In this document: in pieces, positions 63,690-64,000 of the stretch | How positions within the stretch are numbered: the first letter of the stretch is position 1 | Layout of the letters: each line of letters starts with the position of its first letter | Origin: Octopus vulgaris | Taxonomy: Eukaryota | Length of the DNA stretch: 64,000 nt | Assembly (NCBI GenBank): GCA_951406725.2 | Contig: OX597831.1 | Location: forward strand, 67,580,001 to 67,644,000 | Direction of reading: 5' to 3' | Made by a program: the position numbers and the translations under genes | The notes under the pieces: generated by a model | The model's input: only the letters and a program-made list of their open reading frames with translations | Databases searched by the model: none | What the model was told of the DNA's origin: nothing

Positions 63690-64000
63690 TATAGCTGAAA
63701 TTTATAGTCAGACAAAAGACGAAGACAGGTGTATGAACAACAAGCAAGTGTATCTGTTTAACGCTCGGGAAAAGTGAAAAAGTCTTTTAGGGTTCGACCC
63801 TACGCTCTTCAACAAAAAGGAATAAGAGAAAATAAACAGAGAGAGAATAAACAAAACTTGAGGATTTTAGCAGTTCAGCACATATAAACATATTTACTCG
63901 ACTGGTTTCCTCACATATTCCGACTATCAAATTTGCTTCAGCCTGACCAGCTTGATGCTTCAGTAGACGACACATGACTCAAGACGCTAAATAGTAGGAT
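63690..64000 (-). mobile_element. Second copy of the Penelope-type repeat at 32515-32830 (runs off the window end)
   Basis: Near-identical reverse complement. Confidence 0.8.

Overview
AT-rich, microsatellite-dense animal genomic DNA. The repeat content suggests a cephalopod such as Octopus (inference). I found no host gene, rRNA or tRNA; the window is a nested transposon landscape with a 100-N gap at 35564-35663. Main contents: (1) the 5' end of an R4/Dong retrotransposon at a (TAA)n tract, whose ORF (943->1) is missing from the ORF track; (2) a decayed Penelope-like RT; (3) a head-to-tail array of ~1.5-kb ORF1-only (HAL1-like) Tx1/L1 derivatives at 2590-7116; (4) a young head-to-tail pair of Tx1/L1 LINEs at 35664-44358 plus older copies; (5) seven copies of a ~420-480 bp GG-terminated MITE with 8-9 bp TSDs and internal TTAGGG repeats, all within 3.7-20.7 kb; (6) three tRNA-derived SINE families, RTE and CR1 fragments, non-autonomous Helitrons, a hAT fossil, a solo LTR, hammerhead-ribozyme motifs and near-perfect fold-back palindromes. 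The best candidate for an undescribed system is a three-tier Tx1 retroposition network: an autonomous LINE, an ORF1-only satellite and a SINE, all sharing a 3' hairpin with a CUUGU-type loop and covarying stem. All alignments were made by eye.
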